From Bacteroidales bacterium (lineage in GTDB: Bacteria > Bacteroidota > Bacteroidia > Bacteroidales > Bacteroidaceae), in the NCBI GenBank assembly GCA_004555055.1, contig SFJN01000004.1, positions 1 through 54,653 on the forward strand: a DNA stretch of 54,653 nt, written 5' to 3'. Positions 40,621-50,697 of this stretch are shown piece after piece. The notes under the pieces were generated by a model. It was given only the letters and a program-made list of their open reading frames with translations. It ran no database searches and was not told the origin of the DNA. Position 1 is the first letter of the stretch. Each line of letters begins with the position of its first letter. Both the position numbers and the translations under genes were made by a program.

Positions 40621-43539
40621 CTAATTTACAATGAACTTCTGCGGATTGCCGTGTTCCGGGCTGACAATGTAGAAGCCTGTAGTCAGGGGTATGGGCGTGC
40701 CGTTGTACAGTCCGTTGAATAAGCACCTGCCGCCGGCATCTACGATGCTGAGTCTTCCGCGGTATCCTTCGACAGTGATGCCGGTAGGGAACGTACGGAT
40801 GTCGAGGTCACCGGATGTCTTTTCCTTGACAGGGATGTCAATGCCGACAGCCTCAACGGAAACGTTCAGCGAAAGCGGTTCCGATTCGTTGTTGCCCTTA
40901 TAAAGATTGGTGATTTCGTAGGTGTGAGTCCCCGCCTCCGGCGAAGCGTCTACAAAGCAGGTGTTGCCGGTGAACCCGAGGAAGGTTCCATCGCGATAGA
41001 CACCGAATCCGATGGGGTAGCGGAGGTCGATACACGGATCTTCGAGATGGTCAGCTACAAGGATGCCACTTGCTGTTTCCGAAGCTTCTGGAACCGCAAG
41101 TGTGAAGCGGAGGTAATAGCTGCCGGTGCACTGTGTGTCGGCCTTCCATCCTCCGTCGTTGATGTTCACCCAGTTGCCCAGCCCGAGGCCTTCGCTTGAG
41201 GTGTCGTGCATAAGGCTGAGGGTGCCGCGGTTCGATTCGCAGTGGATGCCTATCCAAAGTTCCTCCTGGTCGGCAATTTCCACGGCTTTCGTCAGCAGGA
41301 TGTCGTTCCACATGAAGTTTCCAAACTCCTTGATGGTTCGTTCTGATATCACCCGTGGGTTTTTACCCCCGGCATCCGCCTGCCATACACGCAGTGTCAG
41401 CGTCACCTCCTGAGGGCCGGAGCAGGGAAGGAATCCTACGCGGCGGATTTTGTAACCCCGCATTGTGACGAGGTCGGCAGCCGTGAAGCGGTGGGCATAG
41501 TCAATGGTGCTGATGCCGTTATATTCGCTTTCCTCGTAACGTTCGGTGCTTTCCATGCGGGAGAGTGTGGTAGGCATGGTCCAGTTAAGGCGCACTTCGG
41601 GATGCCCGTTGTCGGATATGGTGGCGTCAGTTGTGGCAATCAGATTCTGGGGTATACGTATAGACGTTTCAATGTAGGGCGAAACCATCTTTGAGGCGTA
41701 GACGGCATCTATCTGATAGGTCAGTGAGGTTCCGGTGCCTGTTGCATCATCGTTGTATTCAAGACCTTCGACGATTGCTATCCATGTGCCGTTGCGGTAG
41801 AGATTGTAGCCTATAGGCTCACCCATTGCCCGTTCATCATCGTCCGAAGGTTGAGGTTTTTCCCAGCTGATGCTGACTTTACCGCGTGAGGCATGGGCCT
41901 GAAGGGCCGTGGGTGGTGGCGGAACTGTGTTTTGGGTAAAGTCAAAGCTGAGCGTTCCATCGGTGTTTGTGGCGATGTTTTCCAGTGATTTGTAGGAATA
42001 TCGTCCTTCGCGCGAACGTGTCGAGGGTAACGTGTAGTCACTGAAGGCCGTATGCCCGCTTTCCGTGCCGTAAAGTGCGCTTGCCACGTTGATGTCTCCG
42101 TACGATGAGACCCTGGAATCCGCATCGCTGGCGGCATTTCCGCTTACCATATAGATGCCTTGCGGGTGTGTGATGTTGAGCTGGTTCCAATAAATGTTGT
42201 CGCGGATAATCTGTTCATCCACGTGGTAGATAATCATTCCGCTTCCCGGCACCGAAGCGTGGAAGGCGTTGTCGCGATGCTGGCGGTTCTCAAGAATGAA
42301 GTATTCTCCGGGGACGGTGGTGTCCATACGGTATGCCACAGGTGCGGAACCTGCCGATTGCATGGCATCGATGTGGCAAGTGGCATTGAGGGTGGTTGGG
42401 GTAAGCCATCCCATCTGAATCTTCTGCCAGGCATTGATGGGGGCAGGCGTGTCGCCCAGATTGCCGTTCCAGGCTCCGGAACCGAGAAGGTCCCAGCGTC
42501 CGGTTCCGCAGTACTCGCCGCCGGATTCGGAATAGTCGGTGTCGTAGAAATCGGGTGCACCGAGATTATGGCCGAATTCATGGCACATCACACCGATGGT
42601 CGATATTCGTCCCGTGGTGCCCAGCACTTCTGGCTCCATGGTATAGCGTCTAACCTGCACCCCATCGTAGGTCATGCCTGTGATGGTGCTGGAGTGTGAC
42701 CAGATGTCTTCGGCTGCGCCGGTGATTTCCTGTCCCGGACCTTGGTGTATGACAGCCAGACCATCAAGGATGCCGTCGCCATCGTTGTCGAAATCCTTCA
42801 GGTCGATTTCGTCGTCAATGGCATCGAGGGCATCGGCAATCATCTGCACGGCACCGTCCGAGCCATAGAGGCTTTTTGAATAGGGAAGACGTATCCAGCG
42901 GGTGACGGTGGTGGCGATGTCGAGTTTTCCATACGATTCGTTCAGATAGTAGTCGCGGAAGCTGCCGTAGCCGTTATAGTTTTCGGCGTTCATCATTTCC
43001 TCGAAGTCCTGCTGTGAGAAGGTGGTCTGCGTATCTGCAAAGTTAACGAGGAGGATGAGGAGCTTATGCTTGCCTTCTGTGGGGAACGAATTGTCTATTT
43101 GCAGCGTGGGGTCCAAGGCACGCTGTGGACGGTTTTTCGTGTTCTGCATGATTCTTGCCGGTGTCGACGGCATTTGTTTCCGTGCTTCGGCATGCATTTC
43201 CCGGAGCTGGCCCTGCGGAAATGCAAGGCGAGGTGCGATGCCTGCAAGACGTGCGGCTTCGCTGGAGCCGGAATAGCATAGGGCAGAAGGGAAAAGGTAG
43301 CCGTCGCTATGCAGTTCGGCAAATTTCCACCAGCCATTGTCATCGCGGAGCAGTGTATATCCATCAGGCGTTTCGCCCCAATGTACGTATTCATCTCCAC
43401 GGAGTCTGAGCTCCACCGCTGTTCCATCAGGCTGGATGGCGGTGATGATGCCTGGCCATGCAGGCACGGCATGGACTTCCTGCATGCCTGTGCATGCAAG
43501 GAGAAGGAGAGGAATGAGGTTTCTTTGGAAAAAAGACAT
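40621..43539 (-). CDS. M6 family (immune inhibitor A-like) secreted metalloprotease with FN3 domains and T9SS-like tail
   Basis: VPAWPG...QPDGT...GDE propeptide, CHEFGHNLGAPDFYD and EYFILENRQ motifs. Start ATG at 43539. Confidence 0.9.
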   Translation of the reverse strand: MSFFQRNLIPLLLLACTGMQEVHAVPAWPGIITAIQPDGTAVELRLRGDEYVHWGETPDGYTLLRDDNGWWKFAELHSDGYLFPSALCYSGSSEAARLAGIAPRLAFPQGQLREMHAEARKQMPSTPARIMQNTKNRPQRALDPTLQIDNSFPTEGKHKLLILLVNFADTQTTFSQQDFEEMMNAENYNGYGSFRDYYLNESYGKLDIATTVTRWIRLPYSKSLYGSDGAVQMIADALDAIDDEIDLKDFDNDGDGILDGLAVIHQGPGQEITGAAEDIWSHSSTITGMTYDGVQVRRYTMEPEVLGTTGRISTIGVMCHEFGHNLGAPDFYDTDYSESGGEYCGTGRWDLLGSGAWNGNLGDTPAPINAWQKIQMGWLTPTTLNATCHIDAMQSAGSAPVAYRMDTTVPGEYFILENRQHRDNAFHASVPGSGMIIYHVDEQIIRDNIYWNQLNITHPQGIYMVSGNAASDADSRVSSYGDINVASALYGTESGHTAFSDYTLPSTRSREGRYSYKSLENIATNTDGTLSFDFTQNTVPPPPTALQAHASRGKVSISWEKPQPSDDDERAMGEPIGYNLYRNGTWIAIVEGLEYNDDATGTGTSLTYQIDAVYASKMVSPYIETSIRIPQNLIATTDATISDNGHPEVRLNWTMPTTLSRMESTERYEESEYNGISTIDYAHRFTAADLVTMRGYKIRRVGFLPCSGPQEVTLTLRVWQADAGGKNPRVISERTIKEFGNFMWNDILLTKAVEIADQEELWIGIHCESNRGTLSLMHDTSSEGLGLGNWVNINDGGWKADTQCTGSYYLRFTLAVPEASETASGILVADHLEDPCIDLRYPIGFGVYRDGTFLGFTGNTCFVDASPEAGTHTYEITNLYKGNNESEPLSLNVSVEAVGIDIPVKEKTSGDLDIRTFPTGITVEGYRGRLSIVDAGGRCLFNGLYNGTPIPLTTGFYIVSPEHGNPQKFIVN

Positions 43540-43586
43540 GAAATACAAGAAAAATGGGTATAGGTTTGGAAAACTGTGATGTCTTG

Positions 43587-45941
43587 TTATCGCAGTACTT
43601 TTACAGCCCCTTTTGGTGTGCTTACCACGAGATATCCGCCCAGAGGCTGGGGCAGACAGATATGGGAAGTTCTGCCTGTTGCAATGGTAGCGGCAAGCAG
43701 ACGTCCGTCGGCGGAGAAGATGCGGACGACATCTCCTTCTTCCGTGCCGCTGACGTCCATTCCGTCGGCAGTCGGACGTGCGGCCAGAGGCATATGGCCA
43801 TCCGTATCAAGGGCAATGCCGACAATGCTGCCGGTATTTACCCAAACGAGCATCCACATTCCGAAGCCTTGAAGTTCGGGGTTAAGGCGGTCAACGGTGG
43901 TCCATTCGCCGGTTTCAGCTTCATATGCCTCGGGAAGTGCAGTGGGGCAGACCATTAGCGTGGTGCATTTCGATGCATGTTTTACAGCCTGGAATCCGGC
44001 ATATGTGCGTCCGGCATTCGGATCCTGAATGCTGATATCGATGTCGTCGCCGTATTCGAAAGCAATATAGCACGGACCGTTGACAATGATAGGCTCAGGA
44101 AGGACAATGTTGCGTGGCTCGCCGTATCCGATTCCGATGCCGCTGGTGCCGAAGACCTCAGAAAGTGTGCTGTCGAAACGGCCGAAGACAACCGACTCAT
44201 CAAGTTTTCCATCGCGTTCGCCATAGACTACAATGCTGAACTTTGCGGCAAGCTGTTCTTCGCGACTGTTATCCTTGACCTTGAAATTGAGATGGGTAAG
44301 GATGACGTTGAGCATGGTAATTTCTGCGGTCATCCCTTCGCCGAGAGCCAGACGTTCGGCCATGCGGCGGTAATAGTGGTTGGGGCCGGTGATGTAGTCG
44401 TTTTCGTCGGTGGTGAAAGCAGGGAGGTTCTCGCGGTTGTAATAGACATCGTCGGGAGCACTTGCCGAAATGCCGAAGCTTCCCTTGTCATAATCTACAT
44501 AGTCCACCACCACCTCCTGCGTGGCGGTACGTTCTCCTGCGCTGTTGCGGGCTCTGAGCATAATGGTGTAAATGCCCGTCTGTGCGAATGAAAGTGTGGG
44601 CTCCTTTGCCGTGGGGTCGGAGAAAGTGCAGGTGCCTCCTGTAGCGGTCCATTCATATTCCGTAGCGTATTCCGAGAAATTATGGAGAGGAATTGCCTGG
44701 CCTGGGAAGACCAACATCTGTCCGTTTGAGAAATCGTAGATGTGACTGATGCGGAAGTCGGCTTTGGGCTTGAGTACCAGTCCTTCGGCAGTGATGAGCA
44801 CATCATCGATGGCGATGAATCCCGACATGGGGTCTTCGCATTCTACGGCAAAGGAGAAGCAGTAGGCTCCGCTCTTGCGCGGTGTGAACCGGACGCTGAC
44901 GGGTTCCCAAGCCTCTTCCGTTGGTTTGTCGACCCGGAGTAGGGTGATGTGGAAGTCGCTTTCCTGTTGGGTTCCTACCGTGATGCCAAGTGCTGCCGTA
45001 ACGTCTGTCAGACCTTTTTCGATATGCACATAGGCAGAAAGGACGTATTCCTTGTCAGCCTCGAGCATGAAGAAGGGGGTATAGAGGCGCTCGTCGCGCG
45101 AGGTGTTCCCATCACCGGCGGCAATGGCGTAGTAGGTACCGGTGTGTGCGGGAAGCGATGTTACGTTGGCGGTGACAAAGGGTACACTACCAGTGGAGAA
45201 CCAATGCTGCGGCACATAGCTGTCGCCAAAGTAATTATCGTTCTCGTTGTCGAAGGATTCCAGATAAGGTGGCATCATGGCTTCGCTTTCGTTATCGGCA
45301 TCAGGTTCAAGTTCTGGCGTTTCGGGATCAGTGGTCGTGCCGCTTCCTGCCTCTGTTCCGCTGATGCAGAAATCGTCAAGTGCAATGGGACCGCAGGAGG
45401 CAAGGGTGGTCTGCAGTTCAAGTTCAAAGCAATAGTCTCCGTCCTCTTCGGGTGTAAAGGTGAAGGTGCAGGGAGTCCATTCTTCAAAGGCCTTTTTTTC
45501 TGTCTCTCCGCAGCAGAGTAGGGTGGCATCGTCGCGCTGTGCGGTATTGGCGTTCACCACAATCTTGTTGTTGCGTGCAAAGGACGGTGTGCCGCCCGGG
45601 GCATAGAGATAGAAGGAGATGCTGCAGGTACGTCCGCCGGCAAGGTGCATCATGGGGGTGAATACCTTTTCGTCGCGGCTTGAGGAAGCTGTATTACTAA
45701 TAGTTCCGAAGATATATGAGCCTGAGTAGGCAGGAGTTCCGTTTTCCGAACCGCGCATACGGCGGAAAGCAATTGTTCCCTCCGAAACCCATCCCTCGGG
45801 AATGGTACTTTCGCCAACGAAATGTGTGGCATCATCGAAATTTTCGACAATCTCAAAAGCCTCTCCTCCTTCTGCAGTCGCGGAAAGCGCAAAGCAGATT
45901 GCGGAGAGAAATGCAACAATAATTTGGTAAAAATGTTTCAT
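43587..45941 (-). CDS. Secreted protein with two adhesin/MAM-like domains, a PKD domain and T9SS C-terminal domain
   Basis: Signal peptide and two ENFD/ESFD...RDE..TP..IALDD/IAIDD modules. PKD motifs (YEWT...GIYTIMLRARNSAG) and tail VRIFSADGR...VKVLR. Confidence 0.78.
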   Translation of the reverse strand: MKHFYQIIVAFLSAICFALSATAEGGEAFEIVENFDDATHFVGESTIPEGWVSEGTIAFRRMRGSENGTPAYSGSYIFGTISNTASSSRDEKVFTPMMHLAGGRTCSISFYLYAPGGTPSFARNNKIVVNANTAQRDDATLLCCGETEKKAFEEWTPCTFTFTPEEDGDYCFELELQTTLASCGPIALDDFCISGTEAGSGTTTDPETPELEPDADNESEAMMPPYLESFDNENDNYFGDSYVPQHWFSTGSVPFVTANVTSLPAHTGTYYAIAAGDGNTSRDERLYTPFFMLEADKEYVLSAYVHIEKGLTDVTAALGITVGTQQESDFHITLLRVDKPTEEAWEPVSVRFTPRKSGAYCFSFAVECEDPMSGFIAIDDVLITAEGLVLKPKADFRISHIYDFSNGQMLVFPGQAIPLHNFSEYATEYEWTATGGTCTFSDPTAKEPTLSFAQTGIYTIMLRARNSAGERTATQEVVVDYVDYDKGSFGISASAPDDVYYNRENLPAFTTDENDYITGPNHYYRRMAERLALGEGMTAEITMLNVILTHLNFKVKDNSREEQLAAKFSIVVYGERDGKLDESVVFGRFDSTLSEVFGTSGIGIGYGEPRNIVLPEPIIVNGPCYIAFEYGDDIDISIQDPNAGRTYAGFQAVKHASKCTTLMVCPTALPEAYEAETGEWTTVDRLNPELQGFGMWMLVWVNTGSIVGIALDTDGHMPLAARPTADGMDVSGTEEGDVVRIFSADGRLLAATIATGRTSHICLPQPLGGYLVVSTPKGAVKVLR

Positions 45942-45955
45942 TCTGTAGATAATTT

Positions 45956-46006
45956 AAAAACGAAAAGGCTATAGGAGTGTTTCGTATATTTCTCCCGATA
46001 GCCTTT
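45956..46006 (-). terminator. Terminator-like hairpin immediately upstream of the 45941 start codon
   Basis: The minus strand reads AAAGGCTATCGGGAG...CTCCTATAGCCTTTTCGTTTTT. Confidence 0.55.
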
Positions 46007-46107
46007 CCTAACTTGATTACTGATGAATGCCGGTCTGACGGACCGGATGGCTGGCAGCACAGGCCGCCAGTTGCGCGGGCATGAAGCAAGGAGAGGACGC
46101 TGATGCC

Positions 46108-47031
46108 CTATTGCGTAAGTTCCGTTTCGGACAGCGTGAATTCCTTTTCGAGTTTGAGGGCATAGTCGAAATGGAACATTGATTCGCGCATGATTCTCTT
46201 TCCTCTTTTGCCTGTAAAAGAATATCGGTGCCGCACGACTATGGAGGAGGTGTACCAGTCGACATACCAACGGCCCTCACCCTTATAGTTGCTGTAGTTG
46301 TTCCGGCAGTAGTGTTGTACATGGCCTTTGATGTCGTCGAGGCTGATGTAGCATTGTGCCACTCCAGCCTTGATGCTTGCCACCTGTCCGAGTATCTCCA
46401 TGTCCGAAAGTATCTTGGAATTCGTGGCACAGAAATGAAGCGAGGAACTTTCCTTGATGTAGTAAACGCGGAAGATGAGGTTCATTCGTGTCCACACCTG
46501 TACGAAACCGTGCGGCAGAGGCAGGACGGGCGATGCCTTGAAACCTCCCTTGCGGGCTCCGCCCATGAGTTTTTCGATGAGCTGTATGACTTGTATGCTG
46601 TCGGTCTGTGGCAGGTTATAGACGTACTCCACGCTGCTAACGGGTAGCGTATCGGGGATGACGGTACCGATGTTGATGAGCGAGGTGTTGTTGACGGTGA
46701 TGTCCGATGGCAGTTCGTTGTGGTTTGTGTAGTATATAAGTTTTCCGTCTTCAATGCGTCCTTCACCGTTTGTTGCCAGGCTGTCGGCGTGTGCGGTAAA
46801 ATCAGCGTGTGTGATGCCGATTCTGAATCCTAAGGGCAGACTGTCGAATGTGCTGTCTGCCATGTGTGCGGCCATGATGATGTATGCTGCAGAATCGACG
46901 TTTTGCAGGGCCTGTGAGAGTGTGAGTGCGGAAGTTTGGGCTTCTGTGTTCTGCCCAGTCCCTTTTTTGCATGAATGGACGGTGAGGAAAAGGATGGGTA
47001 AGAACCAACCGAGGAAAATCAGTCGTTTCAT
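46108..47031 (-). CDS. Hypothetical lipoprotein
   Basis: MKRLIFLGWFLPILFLTVHSC lipoprotein signal; 307 aa. Confidence 0.8.
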   Translation of the reverse strand: MKRLIFLGWFLPILFLTVHSCKKGTGQNTEAQTSALTLSQALQNVDSAAYIIMAAHMADSTFDSLPLGFRIGITHADFTAHADSLATNGEGRIEDGKLIYYTNHNELPSDITVNNTSLINIGTVIPDTLPVSSVEYVYNLPQTDSIQVIQLIEKLMGGARKGGFKASPVLPLPHGFVQVWTRMNLIFRVYYIKESSSLHFCATNSKILSDMEILGQVASIKAGVAQCYISLDDIKGHVQHYCRNNYSNYKGEGRWYVDWYTSSIVVRHRYSFTGKRGKRIMRESMFHFDYALKLEKEFTLSETELTQ

Positions 47032-47201
47032 TTTCTTGGGGGGGGGATGGTGTGGATTGCTCCTTGTTTTCGTTGGCTTTGCCTTGTTCTGTCACGACTC
47101 GGGAAAATCCATGTAAATTTGGTTTCTGCTTTCGCTGCGCCAGAACTTGGTCTTCGTCTTCTCGCCATGGGCAAACAGAGCAAGCTCCGTATGGCAAGAT
47201 A

Positions 47202-48161
47202 CTATCTGCTTCCGCAGAGTGAAGGGTCGTAGAGCTTGAGGGTATCGAGCACGAGTGTGTGCATCTCGTCGACCACCCATGAAGGTTCTATGATTTTCAG
47301 ACAGTCGCCTTGTGAGAGAATGTGGTGAAGAAAATCGACTGTAGGCCTGATGTAGACCTCAAAGTCGGCATATTCCGGAGTTTCGTTGATGATATGCTGC
47401 GAATGGTGAATAGGCATATCCTGCAGATAATAGCGTGCCATGCCGTAGGCTCGTACGACTACAGGTTCGGGGTCTGTGGAGGAATCGATGTATGCTCCGA
47501 AAGCAGTCTTGAAATACTTGTGGGCATCGAACTTCGGTTCCACCTGAAACATCCTGTCGCTCATGGTGAGGCTTTTGATGCGGTCGAAGCAGAAGATGTG
47601 TAGCCGCTCCTCTTTGGGACTGAAAACCTCTTCGTCGTTGCTCAATACATAGTATTTCCCAAGCAGGTACCAGCGGTTTTTGAAGAACTTCACACAGTAG
47701 GGCTCGATTTCATAACGCTTCTTTTCGTCCGAACCATATTTCTGGTACTGCATGTTCAGGCAAAGGTTGGAATGCATGGCATCGAATATCGTCTTCAAGA
47801 AGTCCACATTCACGGGCATGTTGTCGAGGACTATTCGGTGTTGCAGACCTAGTTCTTCGCTGATGATGTGGCCTACGGAGAAAGCCGTCACCATCCATGC
47901 CTGTATGGTATCCTTTTCCAGAATATCTTCGTTCTTAATGTAGTATTCGAATCCTGTACCGCGTTTGCAGGCAATCTCAATGCCGAAAATCTTGTATATG
48001 GCTTCGCGGTAGCGCGTGAAGGTAGAGCGCGATAGGGGTTGTCCGTCGCCCAAACCATTTTTCTGCCATTGCAGACTAAGTTCTTTCAACGGCACAAGGC
48101 GGTCGCGTCGAAGGGTTTCGATAATCCAAATGTATTCGCGTAGAATGGTACTCGTTTTCAT
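47202..48161 (-). CDS. WYL-domain transcriptional regulator (wHTH-WYL-WCX)
   Basis: N-terminal HTH (LSRSTFTRYREAI), EPYCVKFFKNRWYLLG, FCFDRI and PIHHSQ motifs. Confidence 0.93.
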   Translation of the reverse strand: MKTSTILREYIWIIETLRRDRLVPLKELSLQWQKNGLGDGQPLSRSTFTRYREAIYKIFGIEIACKRGTGFEYYIKNEDILEKDTIQAWMVTAFSVGHIISEELGLQHRIVLDNMPVNVDFLKTIFDAMHSNLCLNMQYQKYGSDEKKRYEIEPYCVKFFKNRWYLLGKYYVLSNDEEVFSPKEERLHIFCFDRIKSLTMSDRMFQVEPKFDAHKYFKTAFGAYIDSSTDPEPVVVRAYGMARYYLQDMPIHHSQHIINETPEYADFEVYIRPTVDFLHHILSQGDCLKIIEPSWVVDEMHTLVLDTLKLYDPSLCGSR

Positions 48162-48185
48162 GTGCTATATGGACATATGATATGG

Positions 48186-48296
48186 CAAATGTACTGATTT
48201 CGGAATGATGTGGCAAACAATGTGCTGAAAAAATACAGAAAACTATAAAAAATACAAGGATTTTTCGCACCTCTATGACATAATGTCGTATATTTG
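48186..48296. promoter_or_regulatory. Divergent promoters between the WYL gene and the secreted pair, with a palindrome next to the plus-strand -7 box
   Basis: TACATTTG on the minus strand (48186-48193), TATATTTG on the plus strand (48289-48296) and GACAT-A-ATGTC at 48277-48287. Confidence 0.6.
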
Positions 48297-48354
48297 CCGC
48301 ATCAAAAGCCGAAAAAACCAAACATAATATCGTATACATTAATAATTCGTGTAG

Positions 48355-48834
48355 ATGAAAAAGAAACTTTTTCCGCTCTTCTTTCTTGCTATGCCTATTT
48401 CTGCAATGGCTTATATAGGGGAAGACCTAATGAAGGTGAATACCGTTGGCGGAGATTCCTGGAGTTATCAAGTGGAGCTTATCAACCGTCTGCTGTTCGG
48501 TGAAGAGACGTTCACTGTCAGCACTTCTGATGAAAGTGCGTCCGTGACCTTTGCCTATGCAGATGTCAGGAATATCTCTTTCTATTTCGATGGCACCGGA
48601 ATCTCACTTCCTATGGTTCAGGCGTGTGCACTCAAGGCCGAGGTATTGGGTGACGAACTCCACATTTCCGGACTTGACGACCGGCATGATGCCAAGGTGG
48701 AGGTTTATGATGCACGGGGGCGCAAGGTGCGTTCAGCAGTGCTCTGCGGTGCTGGAACAATCAATGTTTCCGGACTTATTCCAGGTGCATATGTCCTTAA
48801 GGCTGCAGCCCAGACCTTGAAGTTTACTAAATAA
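48355..48834 (+). CDS. Small secreted protein with T9SS type A sorting domain
   Basis: Signal peptide and C-terminal domain VEVYDARGRKV...GAYVLK...LKFTK. Confidence 0.82.
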   Translation: MKKKLFPLFFLAMPISAMAYIGEDLMKVNTVGGDSWSYQVELINRLLFGEETFTVSTSDESASVTFAYADVRNISFYFDGTGISLPMVQACALKAEVLGDELHISGLDDRHDAKVEVYDARGRKVRSAVLCGAGTINVSGLIPGAYVLKAAAQTLKFTK

Positions 48835-48861
48835 TCAAATTTCAGCAAAAAAAGAAAAACG

Positions 48862-50208
48862 ATGAAAAATATCTTCCGTTCCCTTACTCTCCTGGCCGCG
48901 TGTGCCGTATGTGCGTTCAGTGCTTCTGCACAGACCAACCCCAACCGTCTGCTGGTGAATACAGAAGCAGGTTCCAAAGGCTTTCTTGTTGAACGCATCC
49001 AGGACATCACCTTTGCCCGTGTAGATGGCGAAGTGAAGGCCAATGTCGAAGTTACCAGTGTGGATGCCGAGCTGATTACGGTAAGCATTCTCCGCACTGA
49101 GGCATGTCAGGGGTTCCGTCTTTCGGTGATGCCTGCCACTGTGGCCGACACCTATTATCCTCATCCCGACTATATGGTGCAGAAAATCGAAGCCGAAGAA
49201 CCCAATGTGTATTATCAGGACTTTGCCGAAGGTCAGATTTCCGGTGCCGTACTTCAGGACAATACCAAGTACAGCGTCGTTACCGTGGGTTACGACAAAT
49301 ACGGCATTGCCTGCGGTCTCTGCCGTGCCGATTTTACCACTCCCCGTGCCGATATTGTAGGCACTCCCAAGGTGATCACCACCGTGAAGGAACTTGACAA
49401 GAATACCTATACCCTTCATTGCGAGCCCAATGCCGATGTTGCCGGCTATGCCATCGTGACTGCCGAAAAGGGACTTTGCCAGCAGCAGTGCGCCATGTTC
49501 GGATTTGCAAACTTCGGTGACATGGTGCGTACATGGGGATTGGTTTCGGAACCTGCAGAAGCCCAGGATTTCACCTTCGATAACCGCAATCCCGGTACCG
49601 ATTACGAGTTCTTCGTCCAGGCCTGGGATGCCCAGGGAACTTATGTAGACTGTGATACCATCAGCCTTCATACCCCCGGATTGGGCGACAGCGGTGAGGC
49701 CAGCGTCAGCATTACCCTCGGAGACTACTGTCTGAACGATTGGGGAGGCCAGATGCTTCCTTCGCAGTTCATCACCTTTACTCCCGATGAGCATACTGCT
49801 GCCTATCGCTATGCCGTTTACTTTGCAAAGGCCAACGGCGAGAATATCGGTTACGATGACTACAAGGACGAAATCCAACAGGAACTTTGCACCGAGGCTC
49901 CCGTGCCCGGTATGGCATACTGGTTCTTCTACGAACCCCTTACCACCGACTTCCAACTCAACCCCAATACTGAATATGTAGCCATTGCTGCCGGCAAGAA
50001 TGCCGAGGATGTATGGGGCAAGGTTACCGAGCTCCGCTTCACCACTCCTGCTGCACCCTCTGCAGCCCCTGTACTTGTGAAGAAGTCTGCAGGCATCACC
50101 TCCGGCAGCGGCATCATACAACGTCCCTATGTTCCTGCGGTTCGTAGCGGTAAGGGTGAACTCTCCAGCCGGATGCAGACCAAGGGACTTGTCCTCAGTG
50201 GCAAGTAA
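48862..50208 (+). CDS. Exported hypothetical protein with three FN3/Ig-like repeats and no T9SS tail
   Basis: Signal peptide ASAQ. Repeats LQDNTKYSVVTVGYD, RNPGTDYEFFVQAWD and LNPNTEYVAIAAGKN. Confidence 0.8.
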   Translation: MKNIFRSLTLLAACAVCAFSASAQTNPNRLLVNTEAGSKGFLVERIQDITFARVDGEVKANVEVTSVDAELITVSILRTEACQGFRLSVMPATVADTYYPHPDYMVQKIEAEEPNVYYQDFAEGQISGAVLQDNTKYSVVTVGYDKYGIACGLCRADFTTPRADIVGTPKVITTVKELDKNTYTLHCEPNADVAGYAIVTAEKGLCQQQCAMFGFANFGDMVRTWGLVSEPAEAQDFTFDNRNPGTDYEFFVQAWDAQGTYVDCDTISLHTPGLGDSGEASVSITLGDYCLNDWGGQMLPSQFITFTPDEHTAAYRYAVYFAKANGENIGYDDYKDEIQQELCTEAPVPGMAYWFFYEPLTTDFQLNPNTEYVAIAAGKNAEDVWGKVTELRFTTPAAPSAAPVLVKKSAGITSGSGIIQRPYVPAVRSGKGELSSRMQTKGLVLSGK

Positions 50209-50333
50209 GCCTTCCAATCGTAGGGCGGGGCGTACTTTTTTGTCCGCTTTGTCCTTTGGAGTACTTCTTTCTTCCTCCTTGTAAAGCGAAGCCGAACCGA
50301 AGACAAAGTCAAGGAAGAAGGTGAAACTAAATG

Positions 50334-50386
50334 AGCGCCACAGCATTCTGCAAGGAATTCAGAATGCTGTGGCGCTTTTTTCTTTT
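50334..50386 (+). terminator. Intrinsic terminator
   Basis: Perfect 17 bp stem AGCGCCACAGCATTCTG/CAGAATGCTGTGGCGCT followed by a T tract. Confidence 0.8.
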
Positions 50387-50616
50387 GACATTCAAATCGG
50401 AATACGGATGGTTACGCAAAACCAGGCGTCGGATTTTGGGAAAACGTACGAGTGTGCAATATTTTTCAGCGTCCTTTTTCGGAAGCCTCCAGCCTGCTGA
50501 ACTACGTCGTTAACGGGCTGAGAATGGCCTCGGAAGCCACCACGTCTTGCTTTGGACCGAAATATCGTAAAATCAGAGAAAAGGCATTTTTGCGCCATTT
50601 TCGGCCGGAAAACAAG

Positions 50617-50697
50617 AAACATCGGACTTCTTTGGCACAAAGTACGGATGTTTTGCATCGAAAGTACGGATGTTTGTGTCGAAGAAGTCCGATGTTT
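50617..50697. repeat. Palindromic REP/MITE-like element, copy 3 (inner units inverted relative to copies 1 and 2)
   Basis: AAACATCGGACTTCTT...AAGAAGTCCGATGTTT encloses two AAAGTACGGATGTTT units. Confidence 0.9.
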
